Below, piece after piece: positions 31,728 through 45,695 of a stretch of 64,000 bases of DNA. Each line of letters starts with the position of its first letter. Position 1 is the first letter of the stretch. A model generated the notes under the pieces. The model searched no databases. It saw nothing but the letters and a program-made list of their open reading frames with translations, and was not told the origin of the DNA. Where the stretch lies: NCBI RefSeq assembly GCF_988242995.1, contig NZ_OZ547043.1. One strand, written 5' to 3'. Both the position numbers and the translations under genes were made by a program.

Positions 31728-32867
31728 TTATCGCTGCGGCAAATAACGCAGCGGGTTTACGGATTTCCCCTTGTAACGAATTTCAAAATGCAAGCGTGTT
31801 GAACTGGTTCCGGTGCTACCCATGGTTGCTATTTTTTGCCCCGCCTTCACTTCTTGTTGTTCCCGGACCAGCATTGTGTCGTTATGGGCGTAGGCACTCA
31901 GGTAATCATCATTATGTTTGATGATAATCAGATTACCGTAGCCGCGCAGCGCGTTACCGGCATAAACAACGCGGCCATCTGCGGTCGCGATAATTGCCTG
32001 TCCTTTGCTGCCTGCGATATCAATCCCCTTGTTGCCCCCCTCAGAAGCGCCAAAGGTTTCGATCACTTTGCCCTCAGTCGGCCAGCGCCAGGTGGAGATA
32101 GGCGTACTGGTTGATGTACTGCTGACAGTCGGCTCGGTTGTGCTTGCTGTTGGTACCGTTACAGGCGCTGTGACCGTGGTCGCAGTTGGCTTGTTGTTCG
32201 GCAACATTTTGTTAGCACTCTGTTCACCCGAAGACTCAGAATACGTAATTGTCGGTTGCGAAGCAACAGCAACGGTGGAATTTTGTGCAGGCTTGATCAC
32301 AACTCCTTGCTCTGCTGCATCGGCCTGGGTAATGGCATTTCCGCCAGTGATTGGCGTACCGGAAGCATTACCCACCTGTAAGGTCTGACCGACGTTCAGC
32401 GCGTATGGTGCCTGAATATTGTTGCGCTGAGCAAGGTCACGGAAATCGTTGCCAGTAATCCAGGCGATATAGAAAAGTGTGTCGCCTTTTTTCACGGTAT
32501 AGGTACTGCCGCTATAACTGCCTTTCGGAATGTTCCCATACTGACGGTTGTAGACGATGCGTCCGTTTTCCATCTGTACCGGCTGCTGAGCTACTGGCTG
32601 CACCGGCTGGATTTGCGGTTGTTGAGTTGCCTGAATTTGTGGCTGCTGTACCGGCTGAATTTGCGGTTGCTGAGCTGTAGACGTCGTCCCCATTTTCGGC
32701 GGCGGCGTAATCAACATACCAGAATTGGTATTTGCAGGCGCATTGCCATTAACGGAGCTGACCGGGGCCGGTGGATTTGAAGTGTCAGAACAGCCTGCCA
32801 GCCATAGCGAAACCAGTGACAAAGCCGCAATGCGGCGAACGGTGAATTTTGGGCTTCCCGCGCTCAT
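31728..32867 (-). CDS. nlpD: Murein hydrolase activator lipoprotein NlpD (LysM + LytM domains)
   Basis: 379-aa ORF with lipobox LAGC and Q/P-rich repeat region. Confidence 0.95.
   Translation of the reverse strand: MSAGSPKFTVRRIAALSLVSLWLAGCSDTSNPPAPVSSVNGNAPANTNSGMLITPPPKMGTTSTAQQPQIQPVQQPQIQATQQPQIQPVQPVAQQPVQMENGRIVYNRQYGNIPKGSYSGSTYTVKKGDTLFYIAWITGNDFRDLAQRNNIQAPYALNVGQTLQVGNASGTPITGGNAITQADAAEQGVVIKPAQNSTVAVASQPTITYSESSGEQSANKMLPNNKPTATTVTAPVTVPTASTTEPTVSSTSTSTPISTWRWPTEGKVIETFGASEGGNKGIDIAGSKGQAIIATADGRVVYAGNALRGYGNLIIIKHNDDYLSAYAHNDTMLVREQQEVKAGQKIATMGSTGTSSTRLHFEIRYKGKSVNPLRYLPQR
32606..32677. repeat. Three imperfect ~24-bp tandem repeats inside nlpD encoding QQPQIQ(P/A)V repeats
   Basis: Repeated CTGAATTTGCGGTTGCTGAG-like units read from sequence. 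Confidence 0.6.
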
Positions 32868-33005
32868 TTATCCCCCAGGAAAAATTGGTTAATAACCAGT
32901 GACATAATTACCGTGCAAGGCACCATACTGAACACTGGAAAAGATGTTCCGATACGCTGACCTGCGGCAAAATAACCAGGAAAAATCCAGGTATTTCCTC
33001 ACGTT

Positions 33006-34367
<1,362 letters not shown>

Positions 34368-34387
<20 letters not shown>

Positions 34388-35417
34388 AATCACCTGTTGT
34401 GTTGATAAGTTCCCTGACAACGCTGGTTGCAAAACTTCCCGCCGGAAGCCAGAAACGGATTTCTACGGTGACGTCATCCCACCAGTTCCAGCTTAATTGT
34501 TGCGGATACAGCAGCATCGCTCTGCGCGCGGCTTCAACTTTTTCGCGCACCAGTAAGGCTTGTAATTCAGTTTCTGCGGCGACAGCTGCTTGTTCGAATG
34601 CCAACGCTTCACGCTGAGTTCCCCATTCGCCACTGCCCGGCAATGCGGCGGTTATCATCAGCTCTTTATCGTTGACGCGACGCTGTAATTCCGCCAGTTC
34701 TTCGGTGGTTGCGACAAACCAGCTACCACGTCCGGCTAATTGTAGCGCATCGCCGTCAACAACTTGATTAACGTCTGCTTTTTTGAGGCGCTCAGCAACA
34801 ATCTGATTAAACAACGCACTGCGGGCTGCCGACAACCAAAAACTCCGTTTATTGCGATCGCGCACCGGAGTATTGGTTTGCGCCCAGCGCAGCGCGCCCT
34901 GCAAGTTGCTACCGCCAATCCCAAAACGTTGGGCACCGAAGTAGTTCGGTACACCTTTTACGCAAATATCGATCAGACGTTGTTCAACGTCATCGCGATT
35001 GCTCACTTCGCGCAGAACCAGGGTAAAGGCGTTACCTTTCAGCGCGCCTAAACGCAGCTTGCGCTTGTGCCGCGCATACTCCAGCACCTGGCAGCCTTCC
35101 AGTTGAAAGGCGCTCAGATCGGGCATTTCCTTGCCCGGCACGCGAGCGCATAACCACTGTTCCGTAACAGCATGTTTGTCTTTTTGCCCAGCGAAGCTGA
35201 CTTCACGGGAATGAATTTTCAGGAATTTCGCCAGTGCATCCGCCACAAAACGGGTATTGCAGCCGTTTTTGAGGATTCTAACCAGAATATGCTCACCTTC
35301 ACCATCAGGCTCAAAGCCCAAATCTTCCACCACCACAAAGTCTTCCGGATTGGCTTTCAGCAGCCCGGTGCCTTGCGGTTTACCGTGGAGGTAAGTGAGA
35401 TTATCAAACTCAATCAT
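34368..35417 (-). CDS. truD: tRNA pseudouridine(13) synthase
   Basis: 349-aa ORF; synteny between surE and ispF. Confidence 0.92.
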
Positions 35418-35893
35418 TTTGTTGCCTTAATGAGTAGCGCCACCGCTTCACAGGCAATCCCTTCCCCACGTCCGGTAAATCCAAGTTTTTCCGTAGTAGT
35501 GGCTTTCACGTTAACATCATCCATATGGCAGCCGAGATCTTCGGCAATAAACACGCGCATTTGTGGAATGTGCGGCAACATCTTCGGTGCCTGAGCGATG
35601 ATAGTGACATCGACGTTGCCCAGGGTATAACCCTTCGCCTGAATACGACGCCAGGCTTCGCGTAGCAGCTCGCGGCTGTCAGCACCTTTAAATGCCGGAT
35701 CGGTATCCGGGAACAGTTTGCCGATATCCCCCAGCGCCGCCGCGCCAAGCAATGCATCGGTCAACGCATGGAGCGCCACGTCGCCATCAGAATGCGCCAG
35801 CAATCCTTTTTCGTAAGGAATGCGTACGCCACCAATGATAATTGGGCCTTCACCGCCAAAGGCGTGTACGTCAAAACCGTGTCCAATTCGCAT
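35414..35893 (-). CDS. ispF: 2-C-methyl-D-erythritol 2,4-cyclodiphosphate synthase
   Basis: 159-aa [17 protein letters not shown]... matches IspF. Confidence 0.95.
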
Positions 35894-36603
35894 TATGTAT
35901 TCTCCTGATGGATGGTTCGGGTGAGGTAAAACTCGGCCAGTGCCAAATCTTCCGGGCGCGTGACTTTAATGTTATCCGCGCGGCCTTCGACCAACTGCGG
36001 ATGAAATCCGCAATATTCCAGCGCCGAGGCTTCGTCGGTAATGGTAGCGCCTTCATTTAGAGCGCGCATCAGGCAGTCATGTAACAGCTCACGAGGGAAA
36101 AATTGCGGCGTCAGCGCGTGCCATAAGCCGTTGCGATCAACGGTATGAGCAATGGCATTTTTGCCCGGTTCGGCACGTTTCATCGTATCGCGCACTGGTG
36201 CGGCGAGGATCCCCCCCGTGCGGCTGGTTTCGCTCAACGCCAACAATCGCGCGAGGTCATCCTGATGCAGACAAGGACGAGCGGCGTCATGCACCAATAC
36301 CCACTGCGCGTCGCCAGCGGCTTTCAGACCTGCCAGCACCGAATCGGCACGCTCATCACCGCCATCTACAACGGTGATTTGCGGATGATTCGCCAGAGGA
36401 AGTTGTGCAAAACGGCTATCGCCAGGACTTATGGCAATGACGACATGTTTCACCCGGGGGTGCGCCAGCAGCGCATGCACCGAGTGTTCAAGAATGGTTT
36501 GATTACCGATTGAGAGATATTGCTTAGGACATTCCGTTTGCATTCGACGGCCAAATCCGGCCGCCGGAACCACGGCGCAAACATCCAAATGAGTGGTTGC
36601 CAT
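35893..36603 (-). CDS. ispD: 2-C-methyl-D-erythritol 4-phosphate cytidylyltransferase
   Basis: 236-aa ORF with PAAGFGRRM motif. Confidence 0.95.
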
Positions 36604-36621
36604 GTTAATTCCTGGGCTGAT

Positions 36622-36933
36622 TTATCGATTGTTTTGCCCCGCAGACTGTGCGCGCTTCGACGCGTCAGGCACCAGACGATAAAAAGTTTCGCCCGGCCTG
36701 GTCATGCTGAGTTCATTACGCGCACGCTCTTCGAGCGCCTCCTGGCCGCCATTGAGATCGTCAATTTCGGCAAAAAGTTGATCGTTTCGCGCTTTAAGTT
36801 TCGCGTTTGTAGCTTGCTGTGCCGCCACATCATCATTGACGCGGGTATAGTCATGTATACCGTTCTTACCGAACCACAGCGAATACTGTAGCCAGACCAG
36901 AATAGCCAGCAACAGCAGCGTTAGTTTACCCAT
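36622..36933 (-). CDS. ftsB: Cell division protein FtsB
   Basis: 103-aa ORF, N-terminal TM segment plus coiled coil. Confidence 0.93.
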
Positions 36934-37126
36934 CCTGCCCCCTGAAAAACGGCATCTTCATCCCATGCATCCGAAGACGACTCTACATCCTCTGTTGGGG
37001 ATACCGCGACAACGCGGGCAAATGTACCACATTTGTCCATTGTTACGTATACCCAGGGCGTGCAGAACATAATCTCATTATTAGTTACGGTTTGAATTAT
37101 GAACAGAGGAGACAAGAAAGTACAAA

Positions 37127-37450
37127 TTAGCCCAGTAGCCACATAAACAGTGCGCCAAACATAATGCCTACTGTCATCAGGGTGAAAACAATACTGTAGC
37201 GTAGCTTTCCGTCCATCAATGAATGCAGCGCAATCCCCACCACTACCGCGACAGGCATCAGTGCCAGAAAGAAAGGCCAGGTGTAGATAAAGAAGAACAG
37301 CGTGTTAGAGCCATAAATCAACATCGGCATCGCCAGCGCAAATAACCAGGAGATAAAACCGACCACGGCACCAGGCAGTGACCATGTGGTTTCTTCATCC
37401 TCAGTAAGGCTGTCGTTATTTGTTAGTGTAATGTTATGGCTATTACGCAT
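37127..37450 (-). CDS. ygbE: Inner membrane protein YgbE
   Basis: 107-aa hydrophobic ORF; synteny. Confidence 0.85.
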   Translation of the reverse strand: MRNSHNITLTNNDSLTEDEETTWSLPGAVVGFISWLFALAMPMLIYGSNTLFFFIYTWPFFLALMPVAVVVGIALHSLMDGKLRYSIVFTLMTVGIMFGALFMWLLG

Positions 37451-37499
37451 ATTTGATCCTGTTACTTTGACGAACCGGGCATGGAAACCCGGTGGTGTC

Positions 37500-38105
37500 T
37501 CAGGATCTGATAATATCGTTCTGTCTCAACAGATCTAATAATTGCTGTACCAAATTTGTTACTAATTGTTCACCATTGAGATGAATTTCTGCCGATTCAG
37601 GCGCTTCGTAAACGGAATCTATTCCCGTAAAGTTGCGCAGTTCACCGGCACGCGCTTTCTTATATAAGCCTTTTGGATCGCGGGCTTCGCAAATCGCCAG
37701 CGGCGTATCGACAAACACTTCGATAAAGCGCCCTTCTCCTACGCGTTCACGAACCATCTGGCGTTCGGCGCGGTGTGGCGAGATAAATGCGGTCAGCACC
37801 ACCAGTCCGGCTTCAACCATCAAATTCGCCACTTCACCGACGCGACGGATATTCTCTTTACGATCGGCATCGCTAAAACCGAGATCGCTGCATAATCCGT
37901 GGCGAACATTGTCGCCATCCAGCAGATACGTACTGACGCCGAGTTTATGTAACGCCTCCTCCAGCGCCCCGGCGACCGTTGATTTACCGGACCCGGAGAG
38001 GCCGGTAAACCACAGCACTACACCACGATGACCGTGGTGTAGCTCGCGTTGTTGTACAGTGACTGGATGGCTATGCCAGACGACGTTTTCGTCATGCAGC
38101 GCCAT
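37500..38105 (-). CDS. cysC: Adenylylsulfate (APS) kinase
   Basis: 201-aa ORF with P-loop GLSGSGKST. Confidence 0.95.
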
Positions 38106-39532
38106 TATTTATCCCCCAGTAAATCGCGCGCGCCCCAGTGTGGAAAGTGGCGGCGAACCAGGGCATTCAATTCCAGTTCGAATGCACTGAATTCAGATGG
38201 CGCAGTAGTTGCCTGGCTAACTGGCTCGTGCACCATACCGGCACCTACGGTCACATTACTCAGGCGATCGATAAAAATCAGCCCACCGGTAACCGGGTTT
38301 TGCTGATAACGATCTAACACCAGTGGCTCGTCAAAAGTGAGATCCACCAGGCCGATGCCGTTCAGCGGCAGGTTTTCAACTTCGCGTTGGGTAAGGTTAT
38401 TAATATCAACCTGATAACGAATGCCATCAACACGAGCACGCGTCTTCTTACCGGCAATTTTGATGTCGTAACTCTGGCCTGGGGAAAGCGGCTGTTCCGC
38501 CATCCATACCACATCCACCGACGCGCTCTGCACAGCCGGTAACGCTTCGTCTGCCGCCAGCAGCAGATCGCCACGGCTGATGTCGATCTCATCCGTCAGC
38601 ACCAGGGTGATCGCTTCTCCGGCAAAGGCTTCTTCGCGATCGCCATCAAAAGTCACGATCCGCGCGACGTTTGATTCCACACCAGAGGGCAGCACTTTTA
38701 CACGTTGCCCGACTTCCACGCGACCGGATGCCAGCGTTCCGGCGTAACCACGAAAATCGAGATTCGGGCGGTTAACATACTGCACCGGGAAGCGCATTGG
38801 CTGGGCATCCACCACTCGCTGCATCTCCACGGTTTCCAGCACTTCGAGCAATGTTGGACCGCTGTACCACGGCATACTTTCACTTTGCGAAGCCACGTTG
38901 TCACCTTCCAGTGCGGAGAGCGGCACAAAGCGGATATCCAGATTACCCGGCAGCTGCCCGGCAAAGGTCAAATAATCTTCACGAATACGGGTGAACGTCT
39001 CTTCACTGTAATCCACCAGATCCATTTTGTTGATCGCCACGACCAGATGTTTGATCCCCAACAGTGTGGAGATAAAACTGTGACGACGGGTTTGATCGAG
39101 CACGCCTTTACGGGCATCGATCAGTAAGATCGCCAGTTCACATGTCGATGCGCCAGTCGCCATATTGCGGGTGTACTGCTCGTGCCCTGGGGTGTCGGCG
39201 ATAATAAATTTACGCTTCTCGGTAGAGAAATAACGGTAAGCCACGTCAATGGTGATGCCCTGTTCGCGCTCAGCTTGCAGGCCGTCCACCAGCAGTGCCA
39301 GATCCAGTTTTTCGCCCTGGGTGCCGTGACGTTTACTGTCGTTATGCAGCGATGAGAGCTGATCTTCGTAGATTTGGCGGGTATCGTGCAGCAGGCGACC
39401 AATCAGGGTACTTTTGCCGTCATCGACGCTACCACAGGTCAGAAAACGCAGCAGGCTTTTATGTTGTTGCGCAATCATCCAGGCTTCGACGCCGCCTTCA
39501 TTGGCGATTTGTTGTGCAAGTGCGGTGTTCAT
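38105..39532 (-). CDS. cysN: Sulfate adenylyltransferase subunit 1 (GTPase)
   Basis: 475-aa ORF with GTP-binding motifs GSVDDGKST and DTPGH. Confidence 0.95.
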
Positions 39533-39533
39533 C

Positions 39534-40442
39534 TTAAAAATACCCCTGACGTTTTTTCAGCTCCATAGACCCCGCCTGGTCGCGGTCAATCACGCGGCCC
39601 TGACGTTCACTGGTGGTGGAAACCAGCATCTCTTCGATGATTTCCGGCAGTGTTTGTGCATTTGACTCCACCGCACCGGTCAGCGGCCAGCAGCCCAGCG
39701 TACGGAAACGCACCATCCGTTTTTTAATCACTTCGCCCGGTTGCAGGTCGATACGGTTGTCATCAATCATCATCAACATACCGTCGCGTTCCAGAACCGG
39801 TCGTTCCGCAGCGAGATACAGCGGAACAATGTCGATATTTTCCAGCCAGATGTATTGCCAGATATCCTGCTCGGTCCAGTTAGAGAGCGGGAAGACGCGA
39901 ATGCTTTCGCCTTTGTTAATTTGCCCGTTGTAGTTGTGCCACAGCTCCGGGCGCTGATTTTTCGGATCCCAGCGATGGAAGCGGTCACGGAAAGAGTAGA
40001 TTCGCTCTTTAGCGCGGGATTTCTCTTCGTCGCGGCGTGCACCACCGAAGGCGGCATCAAAACCGTATTTATTCAGCGCCTGTTTCAGGCCTTCAGTTTT
40101 CATAATATCGGTATGTTTCGCGCTGCCATGAACGAATGGATTAATCCCCATCGCCACGCCTTCCGGGTTTTTATGCACCAGCAGCTCGCAGCCGTAGGCT
40201 TTAGCCGTACGATCGCGGAACTCATACATCTCGCGGAATTTCCAGCCGGTATCGACATGCAGCAACGGGAAAGGCAGCGTACCTGGATAAAACGCCTTGC
40301 GCGCCAGATGCAGCATGACGCTGGAATCTTTACCGATAGAGTAGAGCATCACCGGATTTGAGAATTCTGCCGCCACCTCGCGAATAATGTGGATGCTTTC
40401 CGCCTCCAGTTGCCGCAGGTGAGTAAGTCGTATTTGATCCAT
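39534..40442 (-). CDS. cysD: Sulfate adenylyltransferase subunit 2
   Basis: 302-aa [30 protein letters not shown]... matches CysD. Confidence 0.95.
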   Translation of the reverse strand: MDQIRLTHLRQLEAESIHIIREVAAEFSNPVMLYSIGKDSSVMLHLARKAFYPGTLPFPLLHVDTGWKFREMYEFRDRTAKAYGCELLVHKNPEGVAMGINPFVHGSAKHTDIMKTEGLKQALNKYGFDAAFGGARRDEEKSRAKERIYSFRDRFHRWDPKNQRPELWHNYNGQINKGESIRVFPLSNWTEQDIWQYIWLENIDIVPLYLAAERPVLERDGMLMMIDDNRIDLQPGEVIKKRMVRFRTLGCWPLTGAVESNAQTLPEIIEEMLVSTTSERQGRVIDRDQAGSMELKKRQGYF

Positions 40443-40693
40443 AACCGTTCCTTTGCAATACCGCTATTTTCTTGCCATCAGATGTTTCGACTATAGGGAG
40501 CGTAAGAGAACGAATGAAATTACCAATTAGAATGAGTAGTTCCTTAACGGAATAACGATTTGGCAAAGCTAATATCAAAAAGTGCTTAAGGCACCGGATT
40601 TCGGGCGTTTAGGAAGATTTGAAATTGTTTTAGCGCAGCGGCAGTTTCATACTATGGCGGTAAAAAAATTTGCATGGTATTTAAGGACTCACT

Positions 40694-41731
40694 ATGTTTT
40701 CCGCATTGCGCCACCGTACCGCTGCCCTGGCGCTCGGCGTATGCTTTATTCTCCCCGTACACGCCTCGTCACCTAAACCTGGCGATTTTGCTAATACTCA
40801 GGCACGACATATTGCTACTTTCTTTCCGGGACGCATGACCGGAACTCCTGCAGAAATGTTATCTGCCGATTATATTCGCCAACAGTTTCAGCAAATGGGT
40901 TATCGCAGTGATATTCGGACATTTAATAGTCGGTATATTTATACCGCCCGCGATAATCGCAAGAGCTGGCATAACGTGACGGGAAGTACGGTGATTGCCG
41001 CTCATGAAGGCAAAGCGCCGCAGCAGATCATCATTATGGCGCATCTGGATACATACGCCCCGCTGAGCGATGCTGACGCCGATGCCAATCTCGGCGGGCT
41101 GACGTTACAAGGAATGGATGATAACGCCGCAGGTTTAGGTGTCATGCTGGAACTGGCAGAACGCCTGAAAAATACGCCTACCGAGTATGGTATTCGATTT
41201 GTGGCGACCAGTGGTGAAGAGGAAGGGAAATTAGGTGCTGAGAATTTACTCAAGCGGATGAGTGACACCGAAAAGAAAAATACGCTGCTGGTGATTAATC
41301 TCGATAACTTAATTGTTGGCGATAAATTGTATTTCAACAGCGGTGTAAAAACCCCTGAAGCAGTAAGGAAATTAACGCGCGACAGGGCGCTGGCAATTGC
41401 GCGTAGTCATGGAATTGCCGCAACGACCAATCCGGGTTTGAATAAAAATTATCCGAAGGGTACTGGCTGTTGTAATGACGCCGAAGTTTTCGACAAAGCC
41501 GGTATTGCCGTACTTTCGGTAGAAGCAACAAATTGGAATCTTGGGAATAAGGATGGTTATCAGCAACGCGCAAAAACAGCTGCATTCCCTGCGGGAAATA
41601 GCTGGCATGACGTAAGACTGGATAATCAACAACATATTGATAAGGCACTTCCTGGAAGAATAGAACGTCGCTGCCGTGACGTTATGCGGATAATGCTACC
41701 TCTGGTGAAGGAGTTGGCGAAGGCGTCTTGA
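40694..41731 (+). CDS. iap: Alkaline phosphatase isozyme conversion aminopeptidase (M28 family)
   Basis: 345-aa ORF with signal peptide; position adjacent to CRISPR array as in E. coli. Confidence 0.92.
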   Translation: MFSALRHRTAALALGVCFILPVHASSPKPGDFANTQARHIATFFPGRMTGTPAEMLSADYIRQQFQQMGYRSDIRTFNSRYIYTARDNRKSWHNVTGSTVIAAHEGKAPQQIIIMAHLDTYAPLSDADADANLGGLTLQGMDDNAAGLGVMLELAERLKNTPTEYGIRFVATSGEEEGKLGAENLLKRMSDTEKKNTLLVINLDNLIVGDKLYFNSGVKTPEAVRKLTRDRALAIARSHGIAATTNPGLNKNYPKGTGCCNDAEVFDKAGIAVLSVEATNWNLGNKDGYQQRAKTAAFPAGNSWHDVRLDNQQHIDKALPGRIERRCRDVMRIMLPLVKELAKAS

Positions 41732-41812
41732 TGGGTTTGAAAATGAGAGCTGGGAGTTCTACCGCAGGGGCGGGGAATTCTAAGTGATATCCATCATCGC
41801 ATCCAGTGCGTC

Positions 41813-43000
41813 CGGTTTATCCCCGCTGACGCGGGGAACACGCTTTTCCCCACGCGTCCAGATCTTCGACTGGCGGTTTATCCCCGCTGGCGCGGGGAAC
41901 ACTCATTAAATTGTTTTTCCCGATCCCAGCTCTGCGGTTTATCCCCGCTGGCGCGGGGAACACCTGGAGCGCAGAAAGTTTGATATCGAAAATGCCGGTT
42001 TATCCCCGCTGGCGCGGGGAACACAGTTAACAACCCGCGCCGAACAAGCCCGACAACGGTTTATCCCCGCTGGCGCGGGGAACACCAGGTTCGTAAAGGT
42101 GAACACGGCACGACGGCCGGTTTATCCCCGCTGGCGCGGGGAACACGCGTCGCCATTCTATTAGCTTTTCCTCATCACCGGTTTATCCCCGCTGGCGCGG
42201 GGAACACCCGACAATCTCCGCCTCCAGTCGGTCGACCTGCGGTTTATCCCCGCTGGCGCGGGGAACACTGTGCCCGACTGCGTGCCGCGTCGAGCGCCTG
42301 CGGTTTATCCCCGCTGGCGCGGGGAACACTTCGCCGCCATCATCCTGTGGTGCCAGTTGACCGGTTTATCCCCGCTGGCGCGGGGAACACATACCGCAGC
42401 AAATTACGGTTCCAGAAACGCGCGGTTTATCCCCGCTGGCGCGGGGAACACTGACACGTTAAACGGTGCGTTGTCGTCGCTGTCGGTTTATCCCCGCTGG
42501 CGCGGGGAACACCCTGCCGCCCCCTTTAGCCCATATGGGGGCGGCGGTTTATCCCCGCTGGCGCGGGGAACACTTCAACATTACGAAACGGGATCACGCC
42601 GCTGACGGTTTATCCCCGCTGGCGCGGGGAACACCGGCTCCGCGTCGACATAAAAGTCCTCGGGATCGGTTTATCCCCGCTGGCGCGGGGAACACATATT
42701 TCGCCCCGTCACGCTGAATCAGCCAGCCGGTTTATCCCCGCTGGCGCGGGGAACACTCGCTTTTAAAGCGCCGGAGGAAAGTAAGCTCCGGTTTATCCCC
42801 GCTGGCGCGGGGAACACTAGCATAAATTACCCGATCAGATCGCGGACATCGGTTTATCCCCGCTGGCGCGGGGAACACTCGATCAAAAATTTACAACCAA
42901 AGGCTTCAACCGGTTTATCCCCGCTGGCGCGGGGAACACTCCCCGGTATCAGAAATAATTCCCTGCTCGATCGGTTTATCCCCGCTGGCGCGGGGAACAC
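41813..43000 (-). CRISPR. Type I-E CRISPR array: 20 repeats of 29 bp, 19 spacers of 32 bp, period 61 bp; transcribed from the cas2-proximal leader
   Basis: Repeat CGGTTTATCCCCGCTGGCGCGGGGAACAC at 41813, 41874, ... 42972; leader-distal repeat is degenerate (CTGACG instead of CTGGCG). Confidence 0.98.
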
Positions 43001-43096
43001 ACTAAGCATACATAACTGTTTTTAAACAAATTTATTCCGCATCAACAATCTACCAACTAAATTAAAACATTTCCTTATTTTTAAAGAACAGATAAC
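43001..43096 (-). promoter_or_regulatory. CRISPR leader (AT-rich, between cas2 and first repeat)
   Basis: AT-rich 96-bp spacer between cas2 stop and leader-proximal repeat. Confidence 0.8.
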
Positions 43097-44306
<1,210 letters not shown>

Positions 44307-44310
<4 letters not shown>

Positions 44311-44957
44311 GCCTCTGCTCCGGGTTTGATCAGCATCAGACCACAGCCGAACGCGCGGCTTTTGCCATACCCCTGACTGAGACGTTGCAGAAATAACCCG
44401 GGATCGGTGACCGTAAGCATCCCCGTATAATCCACGCTACTGAACTGGATCAGTTGCCGGGAGTTTTCCCGCCACAGTTGCTGTTGTCGGTAGGCATCAA
44501 CCGAGGTATCCAGCAGTGTAAAACCGCTTCTCTCCCCCTGCGCTGCCAGCCAGTCCAGCGCCGCCTGTTGTTGATGCAACCAGACATCACTTCCTTCCGC
44601 CTGCCCCCTCACCTGCCGTTTCGCCTCCATCAGCAGATCGTGGCGCTTGCCCGCTTTACAGATTGTTGGATTCGCCCGCAGGTTGAAACAAAGTTGTTGT
44701 CCGGTACGCAGCTCGGGCACAAATGACCGGCATTCGATGGTGAACGTTTCACTTTCCGCCGGGCGTTCCTGCGACAGGACAAAAAAGCGAAACGCCCCCT
44801 GGAGTTCTTCCCGACGATAAAGAAATTGCCTTTCTTTGCCGCCAGGAAAAAGATCCCACAGCCACTGATGCATTACATATTCACCGCGATCCACCAAATG
44901 CAGCAACTGCGCAGGCGAAAGCTGGCCGGTATGTAAGGTTATTCTTGAGAGGTACAT
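44307..44957 (-). CDS. cas6e: Cas6e (CasE/Cse3) crRNA endoribonuclease
   Basis: ORF 44307..45095; start taken at ATG 44957 (MYLSRITLHTGQ...) behind AAGGAGG; position between cas5 and cas1. Confidence 0.85.
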
Positions 44958-45685
44958 GGTTCCTCCTTGCTGAGCCACGGCCCCTGATTGATGGTGCGTT
45001 CCCCAAACAGCCACTGCTGACGATTTAAAGGAACATCCCGGCGACGTAATATTTTGCTCGCGACCAGGCCGTCGTGTTCCCCTTCCCACCAGCATTCATC
45101 CTGAAGTTTCGGGAGTGAGACTTTCAGTTCGCGGAAACTATCCTGATACTGTTGGTATGCGTTACGTAAGACATCAGACGCGTTGCCTTCGAGCAGTAAC
45201 GGCGCAAGTGGTAACGCCAGCGGATGACTTTTTCGCCCCAGATAAAGCGGAAAAACCGGATGACGTAAACCGTCCTGCAACTGTTCAAGCCTGTAAGGCG
45301 CATCGGGGGTTGTTGCCACCGCCACCATCCACCAGGCATCGGTGTAGTAGTCGCGCCGGGAGATAATCGCGCTCAGAAGTTCAGGGGCGCTCAACTCTTC
45401 GCGACGGCTGAAATAACGCGCTTTACGCACCTCTTTTGGCATCTGGACCGTGTGATAATCCCGTGCCCAGCGCGGGTTACGGCTGGCGCAAACCACCAGT
45501 GAATAGTGGCGGTTAAACGCGTTTAATCGTTCGGTATCATCACGCCGAATCCCTACCCCGGCAGCCAGCAGCCCCAGCAATGCTGAGCGCGAAGGCAGTT
45601 CATGGGTATGACGCACTTCGCCGGGGGCATCGACGCCCCAGGATGCCATTGGCCCATGAAGCTGAAAAATCAAATATTGGCTCAT
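44939..45685 (-). CDS. cas5: Cas5e (CasD) Cascade subunit
   Basis: 248-aa ORF MSQYLIFQLHGPMASWG..., typical Cas5e N-terminus; operon position. Confidence 0.85.
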   Translation of the reverse strand: MSQYLIFQLHGPMASWGVDAPGEVRHTHELPSRSALLGLLAAGVGIRRDDTERLNAFNRHYSLVVCASRNPRWARDYHTVQMPKEVRKARYFSRREELSAPELLSAIISRRDYYTDAWWMVAVATTPDAPYRLEQLQDGLRHPVFPLYLGRKSHPLALPLAPLLLEGNASDVLRNAYQQYQDSFRELKVSLPKLQDECWWEGEHDGLVASKILRRRDVPLNRQQWLFGERTINQGPWLSKEEPCTSQE

Positions 45686-45695
45686 TAGCCGCCCC

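Noticed and set aside
39741-40361. 206-aa plus-strand ORF
   Set aside because: Antisense to cysD
40443-40693. cysD-iap intergenic region as a possible sRNA or mobile-element remnant
   Set aside because: No inverted repeats, integrase remnants or terminator-flanked small transcript signature; most simply explained as the divergent cysD and iap promoter region
41732-41812. Possible additional degenerate CRISPR repeat or second leader on the iap side
   Set aside because: Only a partial GGCGGGGAAT resemblance; no 29-bp repeat-like unit at the expected 61-bp spacing
42270-42717. Plus-strand ORFs of 111 aa and 83 aa
   Set aside because: They run through CRISPR repeats; the periodic PRWRGEH / PAGAGNT motifs are translations of the repeat, not protein-coding sequence
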